From assembly GCA_003526375.1 (NCBI GenBank), contig DPDG01000062.1, positions 24,568-88,567 on the forward strand: 64,000 nt of DNA, written 5' to 3'. Within the stretch, counting starts at the first letter, position 1; each line of letters starts with the position of its first letter. This stretch comes from Lentisphaeria bacterium. Lineage in GTDB: Bacteria > Verrucomicrobiota > Lentisphaeria > Victivallales > UBA1829. The position numbers were made by a program, and so were the translations under genes. Positions 38,363-47,366 of the stretch are shown in pieces. Below the pieces are notes generated by a model. That model had not been told where the DNA came from and searched no databases. It saw only the letters and a list, made by a program, of their open reading frames with translations.

Positions 38363-39481
38363 TTATTTTCTATTTCGGAGCCGTTCAAAAGCGGTGACGA
38401 TTATCGCTTTCAAATCACAGGCTTCATAGAACTCCGCAGCACATGCCGCATATCCGGAATAGGCAGTGTCAATCTCCTCCAGACAGTGTTTGATTTCAGC
38501 CGTATCCGCAGTTGCAAAATTGATGCAGATTCCTGCGCGGTAACGCCCGATGGTGTCCTGAAGTCCCGCGACGTCATTTGCAATGACCGGCAAGCCGAAT
38601 CCCGTATATTCATAAATCTTATTCGGGGCGCAGAATTCCGTATTCAATGAATCATGAACATAGGCGGCAATGCCGATGTAGGCATGGGCAGCGGTTTCAA
38701 GATGTTTCGGCGCAGGAACCGGAGGCACAAGAGTATACTCATAGTTCGCCAGAAAATCTTTCGTATATTCATCGTTCCCCATCAGGATTCCCTGAATGAC
38801 CAGTTTCCATGGACTTCCCAGTTCACTTACCGCTCTGGCAACAGGGCGCAGGTCACGTTCTTTTCCGATTCCGCCCTGATACAATACAATTTTCGCATCC
38901 CTGCCCAAACCTTCAATCACAGATTTGACCTTCTCATTTGTAAGAGGAATATTTCTCTTTCTCGGATGACGGTAAGGCTTATTCGGCAAGATGACAGGAA
39001 ACTCCGGCAGATCAAACCATGCCCGGAAAATTCTCCCCCGGTTCAGTTCCGGAACAAAAACCAGACATGCCTTTTGCGCCAGCGGTTTCAGCTTCCTGAT
39101 ACGGACCGGATAGGTGTCATACAATTCATGCAGCTGCAGGACGTAACGCTCTTTCAACAGGCGTTTTCCCATCAGAAGCGCAGTCTCCGCACTTGCGATC
39201 CAGAGAAAATCATATTGTTCCTTCCGCAGGAGGTTCCAGATTTGCCACCGGAACGAGAGCCAACGGCAGGCACGGACCGGCAAAGAGGTATTCCTGATGT
39301 CGGGGTGTTTCCTGAACGTCGTGATCTTCACCCCTTTTTCACGCAGTTCACCGGCATTTTCCGGTTCAATAAGGTTCGTAATCAAATGAACATGATGCCC
39401 TGTTTCAGCCAGAGCATGGCATACGGATAAAACAGGCGGCAGACTTTCCAGGCGCCCGTTCAAGACAATTGTAACTCTCAT
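38363..39481 (-). CDS. Glycosyltransferase (GT1/GT4 clan)
   Basis: ...EFCAPNKIYEYTGFGLPVIANDVAGLQDTI is a typical GT-B C-terminal motif. Confidence 0.7.
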   Translation of the reverse strand: MRVTIVLNGRLESLPPVLSVCHALAETGHHVHLITNLIEPENAGELREKGVKITTFRKHPDIRNTSLPVRACRWLSFRWQIWNLLRKEQYDFLWIASAETALLMGKRLLKERYVLQLHELYDTYPVRIRKLKPLAQKACLVFVPELNRGRIFRAWFDLPEFPVILPNKPYRHPRKRNIPLTNEKVKSVIEGLGRDAKIVLYQGGIGKERDLRPVARAVSELGSPWKLVIQGILMGNDEYTKDFLANYEYTLVPPVPAPKHLETAAHAYIGIAAYVHDSLNTEFCAPNKIYEYTGFGLPVIANDVAGLQDTIGRYRAGICINFATADTAEIKHCLEEIDTAYSGYAACAAEFYEACDLKAIIVTAFERLRNRK

Positions 39482-39511
39482 TGCCGGAATCTTTCCATGA
39501 TTATTGTTCTT

Positions 39512-40981
39512 TTACGATACGGTCAAATAATTCAGATAGAAATCTCTCAGATTGACCAATACAGCAACAGCCAGCAGGCCAAAGCGGAAGCATCTTTCCT
39601 GAGTGAGATATTTCCGCCGGTAAAGCTGTTCATACAAAAACAGGAAAGCCGGAAGAAACAGTATCAGAAAAACCTTGTGTCTGACCTGCATGGAAACAAA
39701 AGCGATTAAGAAACAATAGCAGAGAAAAGAAAAAGCCAGAATAAACAGCTTCATATTATGCCCTTTCAAAGAGGCATACAGGAAAAGACATATTTTCGGC
39801 ACAATGAAAATCTGGAAAACCATACCGATGCACGCGACGAAATAATCAATCCGGAACATCCGGAAAGCAGGATAGACCAGAGCGTCATGACCCACGTAAA
39901 TCAGTCCCTCATGGATTTCACGCACCCAGGAAGTCACCCGGACAGGCGAAAAGAGAAAAGAAAACAAATACAGAACGGAATTGCTTTGCAGACGGGCTGC
40001 CGGAATCCCCGCATTTTCGTAATAATAAGTAAAACTTTCCGCCCGGTTCCGGAGAGTTTCCAGAATCGAGGTCTTCACCTCCGACGCCTGCAGGAATGAA
40101 CTCATATTTAATGAAACATGACTGAGAATGAAAAGGAGAACCGCACTGACGAAAAGGATTATAAGAAAAAAAGTCAATTTCCTCATACCGGCGTATTTCT
40201 GCCGGACCTTCAATAAAAACAGCAGGAGAAACAGCAGCAGTCCGTTGGCAGCACGGAATATTCCGGAAAAAACAGCAAAAACGACTGATGATTTCCAGCG
40301 GTTGCGAAAAACGGAATGAAGAGACAGCACAGCAAACAGAGACATGAAGACATCACGGTAAAGATGAACAACAGCATCACAGAAAATACTGTTCAGGACA
40401 ATACAGGCAAAGGCAAGAAACGGAACGGGAGAACATTCTCTGCCCGGCAGCAGATCATAACCGAGACGCAGAGAAAAACCGACAACGAAAGATGCCGCCG
40501 CCCAATTCAGAGGCAGCAGGGCATAATGCTGGAATTTATCTGTAAACAGCTGAATCAGCCTCAGCGGAATACTGATCAAAACACCATAAACCTCAAACTT
40601 CTCATTTTCAATGCCGGATATGATATTCTGTGCATTACAGAAAAAGTAGGAATCGTCGCCATACGGCGCGAAAGTATATCCATAAGTAAAATAATACGTA
40701 AAGAGCGCCATCATTCCCAGTATGGAAAAAATGCTGTAACTCAGTAAGACATACTTCCGAATCTCTTTCTCAAAGATTCTGCCGGACAAGGCGGACACAA
40801 CGCAAAACCAGAAGAGCCATGCGCCAAAAGGCGCCGCGGAACGGCAGATGAATATACCGGCAACAGCGCAGAAAAAAGCGATCAGAGAGAAAACAAGATA
40901 GGATAAAAACAATATCTTGCCGTGCGGATGCCGTTCTTGTAAAATACCAGCGTCAGTCATAAAATAAATCTGCAAAAACAA
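39512..40981 (-). CDS. Polytopic membrane protein, O-antigen/EPS polymerase (Wzy)-like
   Basis: More than 10 TM segments, AT-rich, placed among the glycosyltransferases. No firm motif. The start may be at 40960. Confidence 0.45.
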   Translation of the reverse strand: MFLQIYFMTDAGILQERHPHGKILFLSYLVFSLIAFFCAVAGIFICRSAAPFGAWLFWFCVVSALSGRIFEKEIRKYVLLSYSIFSILGMMALFTYYFTYGYTFAPYGDDSYFFCNAQNIISGIENEKFEVYGVLISIPLRLIQLFTDKFQHYALLPLNWAAASFVVGFSLRLGYDLLPGRECSPVPFLAFACIVLNSIFCDAVVHLYRDVFMSLFAVLSLHSVFRNRWKSSVVFAVFSGIFRAANGLLLFLLLFLLKVRQKYAGMRKLTFFLIILFVSAVLLFILSHVSLNMSSFLQASEVKTSILETLRNRAESFTYYYENAGIPAARLQSNSVLYLFSFLFSPVRVTSWVREIHEGLIYVGHDALVYPAFRMFRIDYFVACIGMVFQIFIVPKICLFLYASLKGHNMKLFILAFSFLCYCFLIAFVSMQVRHKVFLILFLPAFLFLYEQLYRRKYLTQERCFRFGLLAVAVLVNLRDFYLNYLTVS

Positions 40982-41023
40982 AAAAGAGAGCTGTGTCCGG
41001 AGAAAGAGTCAGTCTTATACATC

Positions 41024-42238
41024 TCAACAGCCTGAAAATTCTTTCCCGCCGTGAGCCTTGAATATTTTCATCGCGGAGTAGGCGGCGCGGGTTACAGCAG
41101 GAATCCGCGCCTTCAACAGGCAGTGCTGTTCGGACAGGTTGATATTCCCGGAAAAGTCATAATTCAAAACATTCTCAAGCGCACAGACATATTTCCGGCT
41201 GCCGTAAACATACTCTGCCATGCCGGAGGCTTTGGAACTGTATGACAGCAAAACGGTCGGGACATATGCCGTCATGGCATTAATCGCGCAGTGCATTCTG
41301 GCGGCAATACACAAATCACATTTGATCAGTTCTGTTTTGGTCGCAATGAAGCCAAGCCCGCGGGGCAGCAGGCGCACTCTTGACCGCAACGTCTCAGGCA
41401 GACTGCGATAAAGTTCATTCAGATAAGAATAATCATCGTCTATGCCCTCATCCGGCGGGCAGACATGGGGAACCAGGATAATCTCACAGGGAAACATCTC
41501 CAGCAGTTTCCCGACGAGCAACCGATGCTCAGCAATACCGTTCTTGCGTCCCTGTCCTGTATAGCAGAGCGACAACGGGCTCAGATTCAAAGCAATTTTT
41601 TCCGGTATCGCCCCGGAAAAAGATCCGGTCTCTTTTGTAATCTCCGCAGCGACAGTAAAAGCCGGGTCGGCACATTCCAGAAGCCGCCCGCCAAGACCGA
41701 TTGAATTCAAATACTCTGTTGACTTTTTCTCGCGGGAGGTAATTCCGGAAATGCGGAGCAGGTGTTCCTTCACCTTCTTCTCCACCCCCGGATTGGCGGA
41801 AAACGGACCGACAGAAGCTCCCCACAGAATATAGTGTCTTCCGTTTTTTTCACAATAATCACCGAAAAGCATCAAGGCAGACGGATATTCTTTATTGTCG
41901 GGAGACAGCGTATAGATATCGCCGCCGATGGAGAGCACATAATCGTATTTTTTTTCAGTTGCCGTCTCTTTGAGATCAAACATCACAGGAATCTCAATCC
42001 CCAGGCAGGCAGCCAGACGCCTTGCCAACCGGGGAAAGGAAAAACGGCTGATGAAACGTCTCGTGATAATCTCCAGCCCGCAGTCAGCCAGCATCTTCCG
42101 GTCATAATCAGGAGAAAGAGTGGCATAGGTAATCTCAGCCTGCGGGTCAAATGCCCGGAGGATATTGACACTCCCTCTCACAATAGCCTCACAGCCGTAG
42201 TTATATACTCCATTAATTCCAATCAGCAGATATTTCAT
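41024..42238 (-). CDS. Polysaccharide pyruvyl transferase family protein
   Basis: MKYLLIGINGVYNYGCEAIVRGS..., ...SIGGDIYT... and ...ARMHCAINAM... are typical of the PS_pyruv_trans family. Confidence 0.8.
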   Translation of the reverse strand: MKYLLIGINGVYNYGCEAIVRGSVNILRAFDPQAEITYATLSPDYDRKMLADCGLEIITRRFISRFSFPRLARRLAACLGIEIPVMFDLKETATEKKYDYVLSIGGDIYTLSPDNKEYPSALMLFGDYCEKNGRHYILWGASVGPFSANPGVEKKVKEHLLRISGITSREKKSTEYLNSIGLGGRLLECADPAFTVAAEITKETGSFSGAIPEKIALNLSPLSLCYTGQGRKNGIAEHRLLVGKLLEMFPCEIILVPHVCPPDEGIDDDYSYLNELYRSLPETLRSRVRLLPRGLGFIATKTELIKCDLCIAARMHCAINAMTAYVPTVLLSYSSKASGMAEYVYGSRKYVCALENVLNYDFSGNINLSEQHCLLKARIPAVTRAAYSAMKIFKAHGGKEFSGC

Positions 42239-42245
42239 TGTCTCC

Positions 42246-43460
42246 TCATTTTCTTATCAGGAACCGTCCCGCTTTACGGCATGCCCGCCTGCTCACATCA
42301 ACGGTTTTCTGAACAAAAGACGGCATATACCGATAGACGAAATATAAAAAGCGGTCTCTCCATGTCGCGTTGCCAAGATAATCAAAAAAGACCAGTCTGG
42401 AAAGCAGCGGAGTTCCAGGATTCTTTTTCCGCAGGTATCCGGCAATCAGCCTGTCCATCATGGCATCCCACTGATAATCTATCCCTTTCAGGAAATGATG
42501 TTCCCTGTAGTATTTCACAGTTCTCTCCAGTCCTTCCGAAATGGAGACCGAAGCGGAAAAATCAGGACATGCCTCCTTCAGCTTGTGATTATCATAACAG
42601 GCATCCAGAGCCCGATCCCCCAGTAAAATACCCCGGATAGCGGGCAAAGTGCCGGCGGCATATTCCGACGGGATATCCACAGTAAGAGGTTCGCAATTCA
42701 AGACCTTTCCGACAATGGAAAGTATTTCACGCCATGACAGAGGTTCATCCCCGCAAAGGTTGAAAATCTCATTCTTTGCTTTCGGGTTTCCGAATAAATC
42801 AACCAACGCATATGCAAAATCTTCCGTATGCATCACTGTCGCAAGCGCTTTTCCCTGATCCCAAAGAAAAACCGGCTTGCCTGCCAGTATCCGCCCTGCA
42901 AAAGTCCAGTGATAACCATAGACAGGCATGATTCCATAGGGAATTCTTGTATTTCCATATGTAATTGCAGGCCTGACGACGGTATAAGAAACATCATCGG
43001 AAAATTGATATGTTTTCAGAAAATGCTCACATGCAGCCTTATTCACACTATATTCCCAGACGGGATTTCCCGTTGCCGGCATATCTTCCCTGAGTTTCCC
43101 CTGTGCATTTCTGCGGTCATATGCACCTACGGAGGAAATGAAGATCAACTGGCGGCACCGTCTCTCAAAGATGCGCAGAGTCCTGGCCAGATCACTGACG
43201 GAATAAGAAAGAAAATCGACGACGACATCAAACTGCAAATCACCGAGGACGGAATGCACCCTGTCTTCCAGTGTGCTGATATCGCCCTGGAGAAAAAAAG
43301 CGCCTTCCGGAAGTTCTTTCTTCGTGCGTCCCCGGTTAAGCACATAGGTTCTGTGCCCTTTCTCTATTGAACGCATCAGAACGTCACTGCCGATTGTACC
43401 GGTCCCTCCAATCAGCAAAACACGGAAAGCCGCAGATTTCTCCTCTTTCGGCAGGCTCAT
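42246..43460 (-). CDS. NAD-dependent epimerase/dehydratase-family (extended SDR) protein
   Basis: Rossmann motif GGTGTIG and catalytic YSVNK (YxxxK). Confidence 0.75.
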   Translation of the reverse strand: MSLPKEEKSAAFRVLLIGGTGTIGSDVLMRSIEKGHRTYVLNRGRTKKELPEGAFFLQGDISTLEDRVHSVLGDLQFDVVVDFLSYSVSDLARTLRIFERRCRQLIFISSVGAYDRRNAQGKLREDMPATGNPVWEYSVNKAACEHFLKTYQFSDDVSYTVVRPAITYGNTRIPYGIMPVYGYHWTFAGRILAGKPVFLWDQGKALATVMHTEDFAYALVDLFGNPKAKNEIFNLCGDEPLSWREILSIVGKVLNCEPLTVDIPSEYAAGTLPAIRGILLGDRALDACYDNHKLKEACPDFSASVSISEGLERTVKYYREHHFLKGIDYQWDAMMDRLIAGYLRKKNPGTPLLSRLVFFDYLGNATWRDRFLYFVYRYMPSFVQKTVDVSRRACRKAGRFLIRK

Positions 43461-45289
43461 TTATGGCTCCAGTCAATATTTTCTTCAATTTTTACTGCGG
43501 GATTGCCTGAAAACAAAGTTCGCGGAGGAATTTTGGAAAACACAAAAGAACGTGCTCCGGCAATGGCTCCATTCCCCATCGTGACTCCTTTGGCAATCAT
43601 TGCACCGTCACCGATCCAGCAATAATCGCCAATCTTTACGGAAGATGCAATTTTATAACCTTTCAGATGAATTGTATGGGCGTCATAATCACGAATCACG
43701 ACATTACGCCCGATCAGACAGCGTCTTCCGATCGTAATCCTTTTCGCACAGACAATCTGGCAGTTGATGTTGCATCCGGCGCCTTCCCCTCCGGCAAGCT
43801 GCAGAACCCCACCTGAAAAAATCTGAATATCCGCACCGGCCCAGATGGAAAAATCATCGAAAGTGCTGAGCACGGCATCTTTTTCAATATAAATTCTTGT
43901 TTCCTGTCTGGAGCCTCTGATTTTCTTCAAACCGACAATCAACATTCCTTTGACATTAACCTCCGCTCCCCCGGCGATCTCCCAGACACAGTGGGAACAG
44001 GGCAGAATAAAATCTCCATGAAAAACGGAAGCATGAACAGCCCTTGTAAAAAAATTAAGCCTGATGAACTGCATCCAAATCAACGGATTGTATCCCATGC
44101 AGTAACGCATATGAAGAAGGGGACGCAAAATGGAACGGACTTTATTTTTGAAACGGAGCGGTATCTTATCCTTCCAAGTCATCGGGAAATACTTCGCCGC
44201 AACCTGATCAAAAGGCAGATCGTCAACGTCGTTGAAAAAAGTATCCCGCGAAACTGCCGGATGTTTCAGGGAATGCAGCAAATGATGATTTTTCTCCAGC
44301 ACTTCCGCAAATAAAACTTTTTTCCAGAGACACTGTTCCCGTACCGCGTTAAAGAATTCCATCCCTTTTTCCGTATTGCAGATCAGCAATGAGGCGCCTT
44401 TGTCGTCATCCAGCTCCGGAGCGACCGACTCGATTCCCCAGAAATCTCCCAGCGTAATATCGGAATTATGCTGTGCGCTCTTGTAATTGCATTCATAACA
44501 GGATGGACGGCAGAAAATCCCTGACCTCAGATATCCCCGTGTGAAGTTGTCGACGGTTCCCGTTCCGTAATAGGATTTCCCGTTTTCAAATTCCGCCTTG
44601 AAAGTGAGCTCCCGCCAGCCCAATTCCTTGTTTTTCGCCTTGACATATGTAATCTTCGAGCCATATTTCTTTTCCAGAGAATCCAGATGTTTCCTGAAAA
44701 CCTTCGGAGAATTGATCCCCCTGCACACATAGTCGCAAACAATCAAATCAACGGTATCAACGCCGTCCAGATACAGCCGGAGCGCCGCCATCTGGCAGGG
44801 ACTGCCGCAGACAAGAACCTTTTTCCCGTCCAACAGCAATTTCTTCACCTGACGGAAAAATCCCGCAGTATCGCTCTGAAGATACTTGGAACTCCGCAGA
44901 CGTTCCAGGTCCGCCGGATGGTCCGTCAGAAAATGGTGAACATGAAAATCCCCGGAATAAACGGCGCCGCCGACATATCCTCCCGCTTGAAAAACCTGAT
45001 TCGCCAGCAAGGAAAAGGCGCCGCCGCTGGTACTGTCCAGACGTACCGGCAAGTCCTTATTCACCACAGCATAATATTCCGGTTTGAACGTTCTGGCTTT
45101 CTTCTGAATTTTCAAATTCAATTCGGGGCAGACCTTCTCGCAGAGATGGCAATCAACGCATTTCGACGGATCAACCTCCGGATACCAGAATCCTTCCTTA
45201 TCTGTCTGGAAAGAGATCGCCCCTTTCGGGCAGATATCACCGCAAGCCTTGCAGCCGGTACAGTTTTCTTTTCTTTTCAAATCAATCAT
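43457..45289 (-). CDS. Fusion protein: 2x[4Fe-4S] ferredoxin + F420H2-dehydrogenase beta (FrhB)-like domain + C-terminal hexapeptide (LbH) acyltransferase
   Basis: CTGCKACGDICP and CVDCHLCEKVCP. FrhB-like GGAFSLLANQV...CGSPCQ. The C-terminus (GDYCWIGDGAMIAKGVTMGNGAIAGARSFV) shows hexapeptide repeats. Confidence 0.75.
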   Translation of the reverse strand: MIDLKRKENCTGCKACGDICPKGAISFQTDKEGFWYPEVDPSKCVDCHLCEKVCPELNLKIQKKARTFKPEYYAVVNKDLPVRLDSTSGGAFSLLANQVFQAGGYVGGAVYSGDFHVHHFLTDHPADLERLRSSKYLQSDTAGFFRQVKKLLLDGKKVLVCGSPCQMAALRLYLDGVDTVDLIVCDYVCRGINSPKVFRKHLDSLEKKYGSKITYVKAKNKELGWRELTFKAEFENGKSYYGTGTVDNFTRGYLRSGIFCRPSCYECNYKSAQHNSDITLGDFWGIESVAPELDDDKGASLLICNTEKGMEFFNAVREQCLWKKVLFAEVLEKNHHLLHSLKHPAVSRDTFFNDVDDLPFDQVAAKYFPMTWKDKIPLRFKNKVRSILRPLLHMRYCMGYNPLIWMQFIRLNFFTRAVHASVFHGDFILPCSHCVWEIAGGAEVNVKGMLIVGLKKIRGSRQETRIYIEKDAVLSTFDDFSIWAGADIQIFSGGVLQLAGGEGAGCNINCQIVCAKRITIGRRCLIGRNVVIRDYDAHTIHLKGYKIASSVKIGDYCWIGDGAMIAKGVTMGNGAIAGARSFVFSKIPPRTLFSGNPAVKIEENIDWSHK

Positions 45290-45306
45290 AACCGATGAAA
45301 CTACCC

Positions 45307-46314
45307 TTAAAAATACAACATTGTTCCAGACCAGGAGTAACCGACCCCGAATCCTGCAATCATAACTTTGAAATCGGGAAGGATATGTTTCCCGTTCATC
45401 GCATCGGCGATTGCTATCGGCAAGGTCGAAGAAACAGTGTTGCCCGTGTTCTCCAGATTCATATAATATTTTGACTTATCAATCTTACAGATCTTCCGGA
45501 TGGTGTCCAGCATGAATTTATTTGCCTGGTGAAAGAGAAAATAATCTACTTCGTCTTTCCGCATCGAGTTCTTTGCCAGAATATCATTCACAAGTTCAGG
45601 AACGACAGAAAGAGTGAAATTAAAAATCTTCGAACCATCCATAAACAGATGGTCCGAAGAATGAATCAATCCGTATTCGTCAACCATATCATCGCCGGCA
45701 GGGCATTTCTGCCGGGCACCACCATTTTTCACAATCAGATTCTCTGCCCCGCGGCCGTCCGTTCCGAAAACAAAATTTCCGATCCGGGCAAAACCGGAAG
45801 CGGAAACCAGCGTTGCGGCAGCGCCATCTCCGAAAAGAGAACGATTCCCCTTGTCCTTCTGATGAATATACTTGCTGTATGTCTCCGCTGTCAGAAGCAG
45901 GATATGATTTGCCGACTGGGATTTCAGCAGCCCTGCCGCAAGGGAAAGTCCATAGGCGTAACCGGAACAGCCGAGATTGAAATCCAAAGCTCCCGACTTT
46001 ACAGGAATGCCAAGCCTGTCCTGGATGATGCAGGCGCTTGTAGGCAGAAAATAATCCGGGCTCTGGGTGCAAAATAAAATAAAGTCGATGTCCGCCGGCT
46101 GAATCCCGTGTTCGGAGAACAGTTTTTCCGCAGCTTTGACAGCCATATCCGCCGCAGTTTCAGACTCTCCTGCAATATGCCGCTTGAGGATTCCCGTCTT
46201 TGCAGAAACTTTTTCCACATTCCATTCGGGAAATTCCGCAATGAGTTCCTCGTTTGTAAATTCCCTTTCAGGCAAATAATAAGATATCGCTTTAATATAT
46301 GCGTCCATAGTCAC
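45307..46314 (-). CDS. 3-oxoacyl-ACP synthase III (FabH-like KAS III)
   Basis: ...FNLGCSGYAYGL (active-site Cys), ...FLFHQANKFM... (His), ...ENTGNTVSS... (Asn). Confidence 0.85.
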   Translation of the reverse strand: MTMDAYIKAISYYLPEREFTNEELIAEFPEWNVEKVSAKTGILKRHIAGESETAADMAVKAAEKLFSEHGIQPADIDFILFCTQSPDYFLPTSACIIQDRLGIPVKSGALDFNLGCSGYAYGLSLAAGLLKSQSANHILLLTAETYSKYIHQKDKGNRSLFGDGAAATLVSASGFARIGNFVFGTDGRGAENLIVKNGGARQKCPAGDDMVDEYGLIHSSDHLFMDGSKIFNFTLSVVPELVNDILAKNSMRKDEVDYFLFHQANKFMLDTIRKICKIDKSKYYMNLENTGNTVSSTLPIAIADAMNGKHILPDFKVMIAGFGVGYSWSGTMLYF

Positions 46315-46325
46315 CCCTGTGTTGA

Positions 46326-47066
46326 TCAGTTCAGTGTTCTGCCGCCGTCAATGACAATTTTCTGACCGGTCATCCATCTGGACGCCGGACTCAACAGAAA
46401 AACAATGAAATCCGCAATATCTTCCGGAGTCCCGTATCCAAAAGGATACAACTTTTCATTTTCATTGAATTCATCCTCTGTAAAAGTCATCTTTTGCAGC
46501 AATCCGGTTCTAACGATACCAGGCATCAGTGTATTGACCCGAATCTTTCTGTGAGCAACTTCTTTCGCCAGCACTCGGGCATAAGCAGCCATTGCCGCTT
46601 TAGCAGAAGCATATGCCGCAGATCCGGTCTCTGCAACGCTGTCGGCAAGAAAGGAAGATATGAACACAATGGAAGCTCCTTTTGAAATCTTCTTCCCCTG
46701 CATCAATGCCGTCATCAGATTTACTGTTCCGAAGAAATTGGTTTCAAACAAAGCCAGAAGCCTTTCATATGCCATATGCCGACATGGAATCGTATCCGTT
46801 GTGCCTGCACAATGTACGATCCCGTCAAGTTTCGGCAGCATCTCCGCCAGAACTCCGATTTCAGCCGGATTTCTCTGATCGGCGGAATGAACGGCATGTC
46901 CTTCGCCGGAAAGCAGGCTCAATGTCTCCTCGAGCCGCCCCCTGTCCCGGGCAGTCCCGATAATTTTCGCTCCCATTCGGGAACATGCCACCGCCGCGGC
47001 GCGCCCGATACCGGAGGAGGCTCCGGTTATCAGAATATACTTTCCGGCAAGAGAAAAATCAGGCAT
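46326..47066 (-). CDS. SDR-family oxidoreductase (FabG-like ketoreductase)
   Basis: GKYILITGASSGIGRA and YASAKAA (YxxxK). The start ATG overlaps the ACP stop by 8 nt (ATGCCTGA). Confidence 0.85.
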   Translation of the reverse strand: MPDFSLAGKYILITGASSGIGRAAAVACSRMGAKIIGTARDRGRLEETLSLLSGEGHAVHSADQRNPAEIGVLAEMLPKLDGIVHCAGTTDTIPCRHMAYERLLALFETNFFGTVNLMTALMQGKKISKGASIVFISSFLADSVAETGSAAYASAKAAMAAYARVLAKEVAHRKIRVNTLMPGIVRTGLLQKMTFTEDEFNENEKLYPFGYGTPEDIADFIVFLLSPASRWMTGQKIVIDGGRTLN

Positions 47067-47295
47067 TTTTCTTTTCCTGTATAAAATCGAACAGCTCCTT
47101 GACGGTGTCACATGCTCTGATCTCATCCGCCGTAATATCAAGATTGAATTCCATTTTGACCATGGCAATAACCCCCAGAGTGCTTAAAGAATTCCAGTCT
47201 TCAAGCTCAGTAAACACGGTGTCAGCGCCGATTGCCCCATCTTCCATATCCTCAAATTCATCGGCAAATCTTTTGATGAAATCACCCAGACTCAT
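47059..47295 (-). CDS. Acyl carrier protein
   Basis: 78 aa, acidic, with an LEDWNSLSTL phosphopantetheine-attachment-like Ser motif. Confidence 0.7.
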   Translation of the reverse strand: MSLGDFIKRFADEFEDMEDGAIGADTVFTELEDWNSLSTLGVIAMVKMEFNLDITADEIRACDTVKELFDFIQEKKNA

Positions 47296-47366
47296 ATCAA
47301 TATCTCCTTATCGTTTGTTGAACAGCTTCGATATGGCGCAAACGGAGTTCACGCCGGCATGAATTA

